Shown piece by piece: positions 39,076-49,398 of a stretch of 64,000 bases of DNA (positions are counted from its first letter, which is position 1; each line of letters begins with the position of its first letter). The position numbers and the translations under genes were made by a program. Source of the DNA: Flavobacteriales bacterium (lineage in GTDB: Bacteria; Bacteroidota; Bacteroidia; Flavobacteriales_F; PHOS-HE28); assembly GCA_019912395.1 (NCBI GenBank), contig JAIOIH010000085.1:1353-65352 (forward strand). The letters run 5' to 3'. The notes beneath the pieces are model-generated. The model did no database searches and was not told where the DNA came from. It saw only the letters and a list, made by a program, of their open reading frames with translations.

Positions 39076-39849
39076 TCACTCGAACCGCAAGTGCTTCACG
39101 GAGCGCCCTTCGTTGATGATGTCACGCAAGGAGGCGATGCCCACCTTTACATGGTTCTCCGCGAAGCTGCCGGTGACCTTCTTGTCGCTTTCTCCGGTCT
39201 TTACCCCTTCCGGGATCATGGGCTGGTCGCTTACCAGCAACAGTGCGCCGGTGGGGATCTCGTTGTAGAAGCCGGTGATGAAGATGGTGGCCGTTTCCAT
39301 GTCCACGGCCATGCAACGGTCGTGGCGCAGGCGTTCCTTGAACACATCATCATGCTCCCATACTCGGCGATTGGTGGTGTACACCGTACCGCTCCAGTAG
39401 TCCAGCTCCATGTCCCGGATCACGCCGCTTACGGCACGATGGATCATGAAACTGGGCAGGGCGGGCACCTCCGGCGCGAAGTAGTCATTGCTGGTCCCTT
39501 CGCCGCGAATGGCCGCGATGGGCAGGATCAGGTCGCCGAGTGCGTTCTTCTTTTTGATGCCTCCGCATTTCCCCAGGAAAAGCACCGCCTTCGGTGATAT
39601 GGCGCTCAACAGGTCCATCACGGTGGCCGCCGTGGGGCTGCCCATGCCGAAGTTGATCATCAACATGTCCTCCGCGATGGCCACCTGCATCGGTTTGCCC
39701 TGCCCGTGCAGCACCGCGCCGGTCTGCTCCGCGAAGATGTTCAAGTAGTTGTCGAAGTTGGTCAGCAGCACGTAGGGCTTGAAGTCCTCCAAGGCCACGC
39801 CGGTATACCGGGGCAGCCAATTCTTCACGATCTCCTCTTTGGTATGCAC
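39076..39849 (-). CDS. amn: AMP nucleosidase (short Bacteroidota type)
   Basis: NWLPRYTG, LLTNF, NFGMGSP, FLGKCGG, AIRGEGTS, VDMETAT; GTG start. Confidence 0.92.
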   Translation of the reverse strand: MHTKEEIVKNWLPRYTGVALEDFKPYVLLTNFDNYLNIFAEQTGAVLHGQGKPMQVAIAEDMLMINFGMGSPTAATVMDLLSAISPKAVLFLGKCGGIKKKNALGDLILPIAAIRGEGTSNDYFAPEVPALPSFMIHRAVSGVIRDMELDYWSGTVYTTNRRVWEHDDVFKERLRHDRCMAVDMETATIFITGFYNEIPTGALLLVSDQPMIPEGVKTGESDKKVTGSFAENHVKVGIASLRDIINEGRSVKHLRFE

Positions 39850-39872
39850 TTTTGTTCGTTCTTAGTGGATGT

Positions 39873-40340
39873 ATGCAAGCCTTGAACCTGCCCGATCATG
39901 GTGTCAAAACTAAACACGCGCCGGAGGGGACCCGCATTTTCGATCCCGCGCGCCGCGCGTGGGTGGCCCTGACACCGGAGGAGTGGGTGCGCCAACACGT
40001 GCTGAACTACTTGGTGCATGACGTGGGATGTCCCCTTTCATTGGTCAGTGTGGAGAGGAAACTGCTGGTGAACAAACTGACCAAGCGTGCCGATGTGGTG
40101 GTGTGCGATCGCCAAGGGGTGCCCGTGCTTCTGGTGGAGTGCAAGGCCCCGGAGGTGAACGTGGACCAGCGCACATTCGAGCAGGCGGCGCGGTACAACA
40201 CGGTGTTCAAGGTGCCTTACCTGCTGGTCACCAACGGTCTGGTCCATTTCTGTTGCCGCGTGGGCCATGCGGAAAACGCCATTGAATTCCTGCCTACCGT
40301 ACCCGACTACGAAGCGATGTGCGCGGCAATGGTGGACTAA
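39873..40340 (+). CDS. Stand-alone HsdR N-terminal domain protein (PD-(D/E)xK-like)
   Basis: LTPEEWVRQH, RADVVV, LVECKAP, QAARYN, VTNGL. Confidence 0.88.
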   Translation: MQALNLPDHGVKTKHAPEGTRIFDPARRAWVALTPEEWVRQHVLNYLVHDVGCPLSLVSVERKLLVNKLTKRADVVVCDRQGVPVLLVECKAPEVNVDQRTFEQAARYNTVFKVPYLLVTNGLVHFCCRVGHAENAIEFLPTVPDYEAMCAAMVD

Positions 40341-40351
40341 CTTTAACCCCG

Positions 40352-42928
40352 ATGAGCGTTCGGTCACTGATCCTTGCCCTGCTGTTCCTGGTTGGCGGTG
40401 CGGCATCTGCACAAGGCCCGTCCAAGATGGGCTTCCAGTTGCGCGCGTGGCTTGCTACCGCCAAGCCCCCGGCCCGCGTGGACCTGTTCCTGGGCGGCGA
40501 TGCGGCGGAGGTGTCCCGAGCGGTGCTCATGCACGGTGGCATGGTGAAGATGGCCGTGGCCGGATGGGTGGAAGCCTCCATGCCGGTGGACCGGGTGAAG
40601 GCGCTGGAGAAGGAGCCGGCCATCCGAAGCATCGTGTTCACCCGGTCCAAGGGAAGGATGCTGAACGACAGCATGCGCGTGAAGGCCCATGTGAACGAGG
40701 TGCATGACGGGTTGCCTCCACTGCCCATGGCGTACCAGGGCGAAGGTGTTCTGGTGGGCATCATCGACAGCGGGTTGGAGCTCGGGCACCCGGACTTTCA
40801 GGACAGCTTGGGACGCACCCGCGTGCTGCGGTACTGGGACCAGAACTTCGACTACGACCCGGGGTTGACCCCGGTGGGCTTCGGCTACGGCCAAGCGTGG
40901 GACAGCACCGCGATAAACGCGGGGGATTGTCCGGCGGTGGACCCCTTCAACCAATACGGCCATGGCTCCACCGTGGCTGCCACGGCAGCCGCCAACAACA
41001 ACGGCAATGGGCATTGCGCCGGGGTGGCGCCCAAGGCGGACCTGATCATCGTGGCGAACGATATGGGTTATCCCAACTGGACCGCTTCGGTGGTGGATGC
41101 CGTTCGCTATATCGTGGAGCAGGCAACGGCCATGGGTCGGCCCGTGGCGATCAACCTCAGCCTGGGCGATTACTTCGGAAGTCACGACGGCTTGGACCCG
41201 GCCGCGCTGATGATCGACCAGCTGCTCACGGCCGAGCCCGGACGGGTGCTGGTCTGTGCGGCGGGCAACAGCGGCAATTTGCCACCCTATCACTTGCGCA
41301 CCGAGGTCACCGCCGATACCACCTTCACGTGGTTCGCGTACAACCCCAACAGCGTGCTCAACGTTGGCGCGGTCTACTTCGATCTTTGGGCGGACACGGC
41401 CGACTTCAGCCAGGTGCAATACAGCATCGGTGCCGACAAGTTCAACGGAGGCTATTCCTTCAGGGGACGTATTCCCTTCCGGAACATTCAAGGCACCTTG
41501 AACCAGATCGTCGTGGACACCTTATGGTCCGTTGACGGGAACAAGTTGGGCCGCGTGTTCACCCAGGCGCAGCTTCGCGATGGCCAATACCATATGGAGG
41601 TGTACATCCCGCAGCCCGATTCCGCTGCGCAACTGTACTACCGCTTCATCACCACCGGTTCGGGGCGCTTCGATGTGTGGAGCACGGAGGTCTTCGGCAC
41701 CTCCAAGATGATCACCGCGATCCCCGACAGCACCAGCTACCCGGCCATCACGCGCTATGTGGCTCCGGACAAGGAGCAGAGCATGGTGGACTCCTGGGCG
41801 TGCTCCCCGCAGGTGATCACCGTGGGCAACTTCTACAATCAGCAGCAGTATGTGGACATCACGGGCACAACGCGGGACCTGGGGAACGTTCCCGGCAGCA
41901 TCAGCGTGAACAGCAGCCGGGGACCCTCGCGCACGGGTGTAGTGAAGCCCGATGTGGCGGCTCCCGCCGACGTCACCTTCGGGGCCGGGCCGTTGGACGT
42001 CCTGCAGGCCCTCCTGAACTTCGGGCCGGAGAAACTGATCGATAGCCTGCACATGCGCAATGGCGGTACTTCCATCGCATCGCCCGTGGTGGCCGGGACC
42101 GCAGCCTTGTTGCTGGAGAAATGCCCCCGCGCAACCAACGCCATGGTGCGGGATGCGATCATCGGTTCCGCTTCCTCGGACAGCCTTACCGGGTCGGTGC
42201 CCAATACGCGGTTCGGGTACGGTAAGATCAACGCCTTTGCCGCGCTCGTGTCCACCAATGTCGCGGTTCCCCTCACCCTGATGGACGTGCTCTGTGAAGG
42301 GGACAGCACCATGGTTTCCGGCCCGGACTTCATGTACCGCTACTGGTGGAACACCGGCCAGCAGCAGCGCGATATTTGGACCACCGGGGACACCTTGCAG
42401 CTCACGGTGGAAACCACGCATGGCTGCATGGGCATCAGCGACACCTTGATCGTAGTGCCCAATCCACTACCCACTGGAACGATCAGCGTGGACGGCCTCA
42501 CACTGGAAAGCAGCCCTGCAGCTGCCTATCAGTGGTACGTGGACTCCCTGCCCATTCCGGGTGCGGAGGATCAGCAATACGATGTGGAGGAGAACGGCCA
42601 CTACTTCGTCCAGCTCACGGACAGCTTGGGCTGTTCCGCGAACTCGGACACGGTCTTCATCTTCTCCGTCGGGATCCCGGAACCCGTTCCTGCCAATCTT
42701 CAGCTCTGGCCGGTACCCGTGATGGAGCGATTGAACCTGCGTGGGCTGGATGCGGCATACGGTGACCTGGTGTACGACATCACGGATGTGAGCGGAAGAA
42801 GCGTGCAGTACGGTATTCTTCGTGGCCGGTCGCCGGTGATCTACGTGGCGGAATTGAGCTCGGGGATGTACCTGTTGAACCTGCGCGGGATGCCTTCGGG
42901 CACCGGCCTGCGCTTCATCAAGGAATAG
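40352..42928 (+). CDS. S8 family serine peptidase with T9SS sorting domain
   Basis: Catalytic GIIDSG, GHGS, NGGTSIASPVVAG, AAGN oxyanion motif; C-terminal LWPVP...SSGMYLL...RFIKE. Confidence 0.93.
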   Translation: MSVRSLILALLFLVGGAASAQGPSKMGFQLRAWLATAKPPARVDLFLGGDAAEVSRAVLMHGGMVKMAVAGWVEASMPVDRVKALEKEPAIRSIVFTRSKGRMLNDSMRVKAHVNEVHDGLPPLPMAYQGEGVLVGIIDSGLELGHPDFQDSLGRTRVLRYWDQNFDYDPGLTPVGFGYGQAWDSTAINAGDCPAVDPFNQYGHGSTVAATAAANNNGNGHCAGVAPKADLIIVANDMGYPNWTASVVDAVRYIVEQATAMGRPVAINLSLGDYFGSHDGLDPAALMIDQLLTAEPGRVLVCAAGNSGNLPPYHLRTEVTADTTFTWFAYNPNSVLNVGAVYFDLWADTADFSQVQYSIGADKFNGGYSFRGRIPFRNIQGTLNQIVVDTLWSVDGNKLGRVFTQAQLRDGQYHMEVYIPQPDSAAQLYYRFITTGSGRFDVWSTEVFGTSKMITAIPDSTSYPAITRYVAPDKEQSMVDSWACSPQVITVGNFYNQQQYVDITGTTRDLGNVPGSISVNSSRGPSRTGVVKPDVAAPADVTFGAGPLDVLQALLNFGPEKLIDSLHMRNGGTSIASPVVAGTAALLLEKCPRATNAMVRDAIIGSASSDSLTGSVPNTRFGYGKINAFAALVSTNVAVPLTLMDVLCEGDSTMVSGPDFMYRYWWNTGQQQRDIWTTGDTLQLTVETTHGCMGISDTLIVVPNPLPTGTISVDGLTLESSPAAAYQWYVDSLPIPGAEDQQYDVEENGHYFVQLTDSLGCSANSDTVFIFSVGIPEPVPANLQLWPVPVMERLNLRGLDAAYGDLVYDITDVSGRSVQYGILRGRSPVIYVAELSSGMYLLNLRGMPSGTGLRFIKE

Positions 42929-42965
42929 CCGCTACGGCGTGTGACAGCTTGGTTATTTTCGCCGG

Positions 42966-43718
42966 ATGGAAGAACGGCCCTTTGTGCTCTCGGGTGGTGG
43001 CATTCGCGGTGCGGCACATCTGGGCGTGCTCCGGGCATTCCGTGAAGCGGGCATCGTGCCGAGCGCCATCTCGGGCACCAGCGCCGGTGCCTTGGTGGGC
43101 GCGTTGATCGCCGATGGCAGATCAACGGAGGAAGCCAGCGAAATGGTCCGTCAGGAATTGAAGGGATCCCGACTGATCCGCAGGCCCTCCTTGGTATCGA
43201 GGCGCATCGCGAATTTCCTGCGGCGGTCGCTCCGGCATCGGACTTTCGAGGAACTGCCGATCCCCTTGCACGTCTCCGCCACCGATCTGGAGAACGGTGG
43301 TCAGCGCATCTTCAGCACGGGGGAATTGCTGCCGGCCTTGATGGCCTCCTGCGCCATCCCCTTGATTTTTCCTCCGGTAAAAGTGAACGGCATCTTCCAT
43401 GTGGATGGAGGCATGAGCAACAACCTGCCGGTGGAACCCTTCCTGAAGGAAAAGGACCGCGTGATAGCCGTGCATGTGAACCCGCTGCCGGTCTTTGTGC
43501 CGGGCAAACGCAGCGTGATGCGCACCATGGACCGCATCTGGCACTTGAATTTCCGCGAGATGGTGATGCGTTCCGCCCAAGGCTGCCACCTCTTTGTGGA
43601 GCCGCCGGAGCTGTCGCGTTTCAACATGTTCGAACTGGGCAAGATGGAGGTGATCGAGCGGATCGGCCATGCGTGGACAAGAACGCTGCTCGAAAAGGGA
43701 ACCGCTCCGAAGCCCTAA
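42966..43718 (+). CDS. Patatin-like phospholipase
   Basis: LSGGGIRG, GTSAG, DGG. Confidence 0.93.
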   Translation: MEERPFVLSGGGIRGAAHLGVLRAFREAGIVPSAISGTSAGALVGALIADGRSTEEASEMVRQELKGSRLIRRPSLVSRRIANFLRRSLRHRTFEELPIPLHVSATDLENGGQRIFSTGELLPALMASCAIPLIFPPVKVNGIFHVDGGMSNNLPVEPFLKEKDRVIAVHVNPLPVFVPGKRSVMRTMDRIWHLNFREMVMRSAQGCHLFVEPPELSRFNMFELGKMEVIERIGHAWTRTLLEKGTAPKP

Positions 43719-45358
43719 CGCCCTGTGGAGACGGCCTCCCCGTTGAGGAAGGTCGCGGCCACCCTTGCCTTTTTCAGTTGGTCCCCGCCCACCTGTAGCA
43801 GGTCCCGGTCCACCACGATGAAATCCGCGAACTTGCCCGACTCCAAACTGCCGAGGTCCTGTTCGGTGAAGGTGGCCATTGCATTCCAGATCGTCATTCC
43901 GCGCAGCGCATCCTCGCGGCCCAATGCGTCCTTCATCTGGAATCCTTTCGGGGGAACACCCGCATCATTCTTGCGGATCACTGCTGCATAAAAGGTTTTC
44001 AGGGGATCGATCCCTTCCACCGGGAAATCCGTTCCCAGGGCCAGCATACCGTTCTGTTGCATCAGGCGCTCCCAGGCATACGCATTGGCGAGGCGTTCCG
44101 GGCCCAAGCGGTCCACGGCCCACAGCATATCGCTGGTGGCATGCGTGGGTTGCACACTGGGAATGATGTTGTATTTCCCGAAAAGATCGAAGTCCGCGGG
44201 ATCCATGCACTGGGCGTGCTCGATCCGCCAGCGCAGGTCGTTGGTGCCTTGGAGCACTTCACCGTACACCCCCAGTAGCAGGCGGTTCGCACTGTCGCCG
44301 ATGCAATGGGTAGCCATCTGGAAGCCGTTGTCCTTGCACCATTGCGCCACTTTTACAAAGTGCTCCCGTGTGGAAAGCTGCAGTCCGTGCCCTGCAGCCG
44401 GGTCGTCGCTGTAGGGCTTCAACAGCAAGGCGCCCCGGGAACCCAGCGCGCCGTCAGCGTAGCACTTTACGGCACGTACGATCAAGCGGTCGCTGATCAA
44501 GGGGCCGTCCGCATAGCGTTCGAAATTGGTGCTGTCGTCGGCGAGCATGGCATACACCCGGATCTTCAGCGCACCCTCCTCCTGCATCCGCTTGATCAGG
44601 TCGATGGTGCCTGCATCCAATCCCGCATCGCAGACCATGGTGAGCCCTGCGGCAAGGCAATCCTGCTGGGCATCCAACAGCGCCTGGCGCTTGGTGGGTT
44701 CGTCCACGTCCTCGAAGATCTGCTGGAATACGCTCACCGCATTGTCCAGCAACAGGCCCGTGAGCTTGCCGTCCTTTTTTTCGAGCAATCCACCGGCAAT
44801 GGCGCTTTCGGTGGTCAGACCTGCGCTGTCCAATGCCTTTTGGTTCACTACGGCCGCATGTCCGTCCACGCGCTGCAGCAGCACCGGCCTGTCGGGAAAG
44901 AGGATGTTCAGGCTGTCGTTCGTTGGATTCGCCTTGTCGGGCCACAGGTTCTGGTCCCATCCGCGCCCGATCATCCAGCCCGTTCCCGGATGGGCTTTGG
45001 CGTAGGCCTCGATGCGGCTGAGCACCTCGCTCCAGCTCTTCGCGCCGGAGAGGTTCACCTTCTGCTTGTTCAAGCCGTGGCCCAGGAAATGGCAGTGCCC
45101 ATCGATGAAGCCCGGATAGATGAAGCGTGTGCCTGCGTCGAACACCTCCTTGGCCCGGTAGCGGTTCAGGATCTGGTATTCCGCACCGAGCTCCAGGATG
45201 CGGCCATCCTTGATCGCCATGGCGGTATGGGTGGTGCCCGCCTCATCCATGCTCACGATCCGGGCGTTGCGCACCACCAGGTCGGCCTCCTTGTTCCTAT
45301 AGGCGCAGGAATTCAGCAAAAGCATGGCTGCCAGCAGGGTAGGGGTGAAGATTCTCAT
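43715..45358 (-). CDS. Amidohydrolase 3 (YtcJ-like) lipoprotein
   Basis: PGFIDGHCH, DGALGSRGA, HCIGD, RIEHAQ, GTDFP, GKFAD. Confidence 0.93.
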   Translation of the reverse strand: MRIFTPTLLAAMLLLNSCAYRNKEADLVVRNARIVSMDEAGTTHTAMAIKDGRILELGAEYQILNRYRAKEVFDAGTRFIYPGFIDGHCHFLGHGLNKQKVNLSGAKSWSEVLSRIEAYAKAHPGTGWMIGRGWDQNLWPDKANPTNDSLNILFPDRPVLLQRVDGHAAVVNQKALDSAGLTTESAIAGGLLEKKDGKLTGLLLDNAVSVFQQIFEDVDEPTKRQALLDAQQDCLAAGLTMVCDAGLDAGTIDLIKRMQEEGALKIRVYAMLADDSTNFERYADGPLISDRLIVRAVKCYADGALGSRGALLLKPYSDDPAAGHGLQLSTREHFVKVAQWCKDNGFQMATHCIGDSANRLLLGVYGEVLQGTNDLRWRIEHAQCMDPADFDLFGKYNIIPSVQPTHATSDMLWAVDRLGPERLANAYAWERLMQQNGMLALGTDFPVEGIDPLKTFYAAVIRKNDAGVPPKGFQMKDALGREDALRGMTIWNAMATFTEQDLGSLESGKFADFIVVDRDLLQVGGDQLKKARVAATFLNGEAVSTGR

Positions 45359-46665
45359 GGTGTTCGGAGTAATGGCCAGCGGGCCAGTTTGTGCGGGTCC
45401 ACGATCAGCAGGAGCGCCATGGAATAGAAGGGGAGCATCGGCACCCGGTAGCGCATCAAGGCACCCACCACAGGCGTGGTCCAGCCGATCAGCAGGCCGA
45501 GGATCAAGCAGAAGGCCACGCAGAAGAGGAAGATCGGAAGGTCGATCCGGGACCACGGTTTGGCGAAGAAGATCGCCACCGGGAGCAGGAGCAGGAGCAA
45601 TACGTTCTCCAACGCGCCAAGGAGACCCATTGCCCCGATGTCCCACGTGACCAGCGGGGAGAGGAAGGTGAGGAAAAAAGCGTGCGGCACCTGCCTGATC
45701 ATGCCGAGGAGCGTCGGTTCCATCAATGGGGTGGGGATATAGCTTCCCGGGGCCATGGCAGCCACCAAGCCGAGCATGTCCCGTTGCTTCTGCTGGATGA
45801 TCGCCAATACATCAAGGCTGGGAGCGACCAAGGGAAGGACCACTATCACCAAGGCCGCGATCACATGCGTGGCCCCGAACTTCAGCAGCACATGCCGATC
45901 GCCGGTACGGCGGCACCAGCCCAGCGCGAACAGGCCGGGAACCATGCAGGCCAATACATAGGATTTCAGCCCCAGCTGGATCAGGAGCCCAAGGAGCATC
46001 AGCAGCCAGCCGGTCCACGGCAAGGGTTCTTTCATCCATCGGAACACTTGGAGCAGGAACAGGCCCAACCCCAGGAAGAGCAAGGCCTCCTTGATCGGTG
46101 CGCTTCCCCAGAAGAGCACGCTGGGCCATAGGAACAGGCCGGCCATCAGCAAGCGGCCCAGGCCCGGGACGAATCCGATGAAGATCTTGTACAACGCCAC
46201 CAACCCTATCAGGGAAAGGAAGGCGGAGAAGACCGTATGCACATGGTACACCCCAAAGGAGAACAACCGCACCACCGCACTGTAGCGGATCATCGTATGG
46301 GCATCGTTGTAATAGCCCGTATCGTACTTGCGGTACCAATTGTTCATCACCGTGTAGTAGCGCTCATCGAACCGGGGCGCGTCATTGCCGATCCCGGTGA
46401 GCATCTGCACATAATCCAACGGATGTGCAGGCAGTGCGCTGAACATCACGTTGCCGTCATCGAAGAATTTGAAGATGTCCGCCGTTGAGCGGTCGGTATA
46501 GTAGTAGGTGTACACCCCCCACAGCACGGTGCCTGCGGCCACCTTTAGCAGGAACAGCGCACCGATCGCTCGCCTGCCAACCCCGGTCACTGCAAAGAAG
46601 CGCCAGCGTGCGATCAGGTACAGGAAGAGTGCGACATAGCCGCATGTGAGCAGGATGCCCGCCAT
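45355..46665 (-). CDS. Polytopic membrane protein (possible GT-C or polysaccharide polymerase-like)
   Basis: About 10 transmembrane segments, PSVLFWGS..KE, GALMRYRVP; TACATTTG motif upstream. Confidence 0.7.
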   Translation of the reverse strand: MAGILLTCGYVALFLYLIARWRFFAVTGVGRRAIGALFLLKVAAGTVLWGVYTYYYTDRSTADIFKFFDDGNVMFSALPAHPLDYVQMLTGIGNDAPRFDERYYTVMNNWYRKYDTGYYNDAHTMIRYSAVVRLFSFGVYHVHTVFSAFLSLIGLVALYKIFIGFVPGLGRLLMAGLFLWPSVLFWGSAPIKEALLFLGLGLFLLQVFRWMKEPLPWTGWLLMLLGLLIQLGLKSYVLACMVPGLFALGWCRRTGDRHVLLKFGATHVIAALVIVVLPLVAPSLDVLAIIQQKQRDMLGLVAAMAPGSYIPTPLMEPTLLGMIRQVPHAFFLTFLSPLVTWDIGAMGLLGALENVLLLLLLPVAIFFAKPWSRIDLPIFLFCVAFCLILGLLIGWTTPVVGALMRYRVPMLPFYSMALLLIVDPHKLARWPLLRTP

Positions 46666-46829
46666 CGCGGCCAAATGTAGCGGGGAGTGCGGCAGGCGGA
46701 ACCCCGCATGCCTCGACCGCCGGGCTGCCCTAACGGGAACTCCACGGGAAGGTCGCCGGGCAAACGCATCTAGAATGGTCGGCCGTTCGGCGGACGATGT
46801 TCGCGCCGGGCGGCGCTCAAGTCTTTAGG

Positions 46830-46908
46830 AACCACGGATAAGCACGGATCGACACGGATGAAGACCTTATTATATCCGTGTCCATCCGTGGTCCGATACG
46901 TATCGGAC
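46830..46908. repeat. Inverted decamer (CACGGAT) repeat pair plus CCGATnnnnATCGG mini-hairpin
   Basis: AACCACGGATAAGCACGGATCGACACGGATG ... ATCCGTGTCCATCCGTGG, then GTCCGATACGTATCGGAC. Confidence 0.8.
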
Positions 46909-47070
46909 CAAATTCTGAGGGAGATACGCCCAAAGGGCGTTCGACATCCCGTTTCCAATGTCCCCGTGGTGCGCGATGGTAGGGGAATAGATGCGATTGC
47001 CCTGGTGCAGGTCGCCGGATGTTCGACGCGAATCGCGTCCTTTGCGGCTTGATCGAAGTGTGAACCGGAC

Positions 47071-47904
47071 ATGACACGAGAGGAGCTCATTGCCATCATC
47101 AAAAGGAAGCGAAGTCTTCTGTGCGTGGGCTTGGACACGGAACTGCACTTGCTGCCGGAGCGCTTCCGCAGCCTGCACGACCCGGTGCGCGCCTACAATC
47201 ACGCCATCATCCAAGCCACCAGCCACTTGGCCGTGGCCTACAAGTTGAACCTGGCCTTTTACGAGGCCAATGGCGCTGCCGGTTGGCGCGATCTGGAGAG
47301 CACCGTGGCGTACCTCCGGAGCTTGGGCGATTGCCTGATCATCGCCGATGCCAAACGCGGCGATATCGGGAACACGGCCCGGAAGTATGCGGAGGCCTTC
47401 TTCGATCAGTTGGATTTTGACGCGGTGACCGTGGCACCCTACATGGGCAGCGATTCCATCACGCCCTTTCTGGGCAGGCCGGGCAAATGGGCCATCGTAT
47501 TGGCCGTTACCAGCAACGAAGGCGCGCTGGATTATCAGTTCCTGCCCGTGGAGGACGGCCGCCAGCGCCTCTTCGAACGGGTGATGGAACGCACGGCGGA
47601 ACTGGGCGGGCCTGAAGAGCTGATGTTCGTGGCGGGCGCCACCCGCCCGGAGATCCTACGGCAGGTCCGCGCGATGGCCCCGGAGCATTTTCTGCTGGTG
47701 CCGGGCGTGGGTACGCAAGGAGGCGACCTGGCCGAGGTGCTGCGCGAAGGGCTGAACACGGACGGAGGCATGCTCATCAACAGCTCGCGCGGGATCCTGT
47801 ATGCGGGCAAGGAGGACGAAGCGATACCGATGGCCCGAAAAGCGGCCGAAGCGTTGCAGCGGACCATGGAAGTGGCGTTGCGTGCCCGAGGCGTGCTGGG
47901 CTGA
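47071..47904 (+). CDS. pyrF: Orotidine 5'-phosphate decarboxylase
   Basis: LCVGLD, YKLNLAFYE, DAKRGDIGNT, VPGVGTQGG, INSSRGI. Confidence 0.96.
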   Translation: MTREELIAIIKRKRSLLCVGLDTELHLLPERFRSLHDPVRAYNHAIIQATSHLAVAYKLNLAFYEANGAAGWRDLESTVAYLRSLGDCLIIADAKRGDIGNTARKYAEAFFDQLDFDAVTVAPYMGSDSITPFLGRPGKWAIVLAVTSNEGALDYQFLPVEDGRQRLFERVMERTAELGGPEELMFVAGATRPEILRQVRAMAPEHFLLVPGVGTQGGDLAEVLREGLNTDGGMLINSSRGILYAGKEDEAIPMARKAAEALQRTMEVALRARGVLG

Positions 47905-47976
47905 GTACAACGTCGGGAAGGGGCGGCTGCGCGGATCGTGCTATCTTATCGGCGGGGGATCGCCGAGAAAGTTGTC

Positions 47977-49362
47977 ATGGAGCATCCGGAAGCCCATATC
48001 GGGGGAATAGCACAGGAGCCGGAGACAGCAGGCGACCTGCTGCTCGACCCTGCTTTCCCGTACGGGGAGGACCTGCTGCAATTCATCTGGGAAGCAGGTC
48101 TCTATGATGCGAACGACCTGCGGACCACGGACGGTGCGGCGCTGGAAGTGGTAAAGGCGGGACGGATCCAAGCAAACAGCGGCCCGGACCTTCGGGATGC
48201 CCTGGTGCGGATCGGGGACCAGCTCTGGGCGGGCAATGTGGAGGTGCATCTGCGGGCCAGCGAATGGAACGCCCACGGGCACCAGCGCGATCCGGCGTAC
48301 AACAATGTGGTGCTGCACGCGGTCCACCTGCATGATGCCGATGTGCGGACCGAGGAAGGCAGATGCCCGCCCACCGTGGAACTGCGCACGCGGATCAACG
48401 TGGACAACCTGCACCTGCACCAGGCCTTGATGACCGATGGGGACCCGGTTCCCTGTACGCGCCGTCTTCCCGAAGTGGACCAGAGCCGGGTCCGCATGTG
48501 GTTGGAACGCTTGCTGGTGGAGCGCCTGGAACGCAAGACCACCGAGGTGGAAGCGCTCTACCGGATGCTGGGCAACGATGCTGGCGAGACTTTCCACCAC
48601 CTGCTGTTGCGGGGACTGGGCGCCAACGTCAATGCAGAGCCGTTCGGCATGCTCGCCCATGCACTTCCGCTGAGGCTCCTGAAGAAATACCGTCACGATC
48701 CCATTCGCATGGAGGCGCTCCTGTTCGGGCAGGCCGGGTTGCTCGAAGGGAATTTCGAGGAGGATCACCCGCGGTGCCTGCAGCGGGAACACCGGGTGTT
48801 GGCGGGCCTGCACGGCCTGCGCCCCGTACCTGCGGCCGCGTGGAAGTTCGGTCGCATGAGGCCGGCCAATTTTCCCACCGTCCGCATCGCCCAGTGGGCC
48901 GTGTTCGCCACCGGCAATGCCGATGCCTATGGGTGCTTGACGGAGCATGATCATCCCGACCCCGTGCGTGCGATGCTGGAGGTGGAAGCCACCGGGTACT
49001 GGTCAGACCACTATCGGTTCGACCTGCCTGCGGCGCCACGCACCAAGCGCTTGGGAAGGTCCACTGCCGATGGTCTCATCATCAACAGCATCGTGCCCTA
49101 TCTGTTCGCCATGGGCCGCATCCGGGGCCATCGCACTTGGATGGACCGCGCCCTGCGCCTGATGGAGCAGCTTCCCGCCGAGCGGAACACCATCATGGAC
49201 GGCTGGCGGGCCCGAGGGATCCAAGCCGATAGCGCTGCACAGGGCCAAGCCCTGATCGAGCTGAGGAACCGCTACTGTGCCGAGCGGAAATGCCTCTCCT
49301 GCGCCATCGGGGCGCACCTTCACAAACAGGTCGGAGGCAGGTCGGTCCGGGGGAGAGAATAG
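47977..49362 (+). CDS. DUF2851 family protein
   Basis: GPD...WAGNVEVH...HGHQRDPAYNNVVLH, EALLFGQAG, RPANFPTVR, C-terminal CxxxxCxxCxIG. Confidence 0.88.
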   Translation: MEHPEAHIGGIAQEPETAGDLLLDPAFPYGEDLLQFIWEAGLYDANDLRTTDGAALEVVKAGRIQANSGPDLRDALVRIGDQLWAGNVEVHLRASEWNAHGHQRDPAYNNVVLHAVHLHDADVRTEEGRCPPTVELRTRINVDNLHLHQALMTDGDPVPCTRRLPEVDQSRVRMWLERLLVERLERKTTEVEALYRMLGNDAGETFHHLLLRGLGANVNAEPFGMLAHALPLRLLKKYRHDPIRMEALLFGQAGLLEGNFEEDHPRCLQREHRVLAGLHGLRPVPAAAWKFGRMRPANFPTVRIAQWAVFATGNADAYGCLTEHDHPDPVRAMLEVEATGYWSDHYRFDLPAAPRTKRLGRSTADGLIINSIVPYLFAMGRIRGHRTWMDRALRLMEQLPAERNTIMDGWRARGIQADSAAQGQALIELRNRYCAERKCLSCAIGAHLHKQVGGRSVRGRE

Positions 49363-49398
49363 CGGCAGTGCCGATCCCATCTCCCCTGAGCCGGTTGT

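Noticed and set aside
39873..40340. Type I restriction-modification defence system
   Set aside because: Only a solo HsdR N-terminal domain is present, with no HsdM, HsdS or motor domain.
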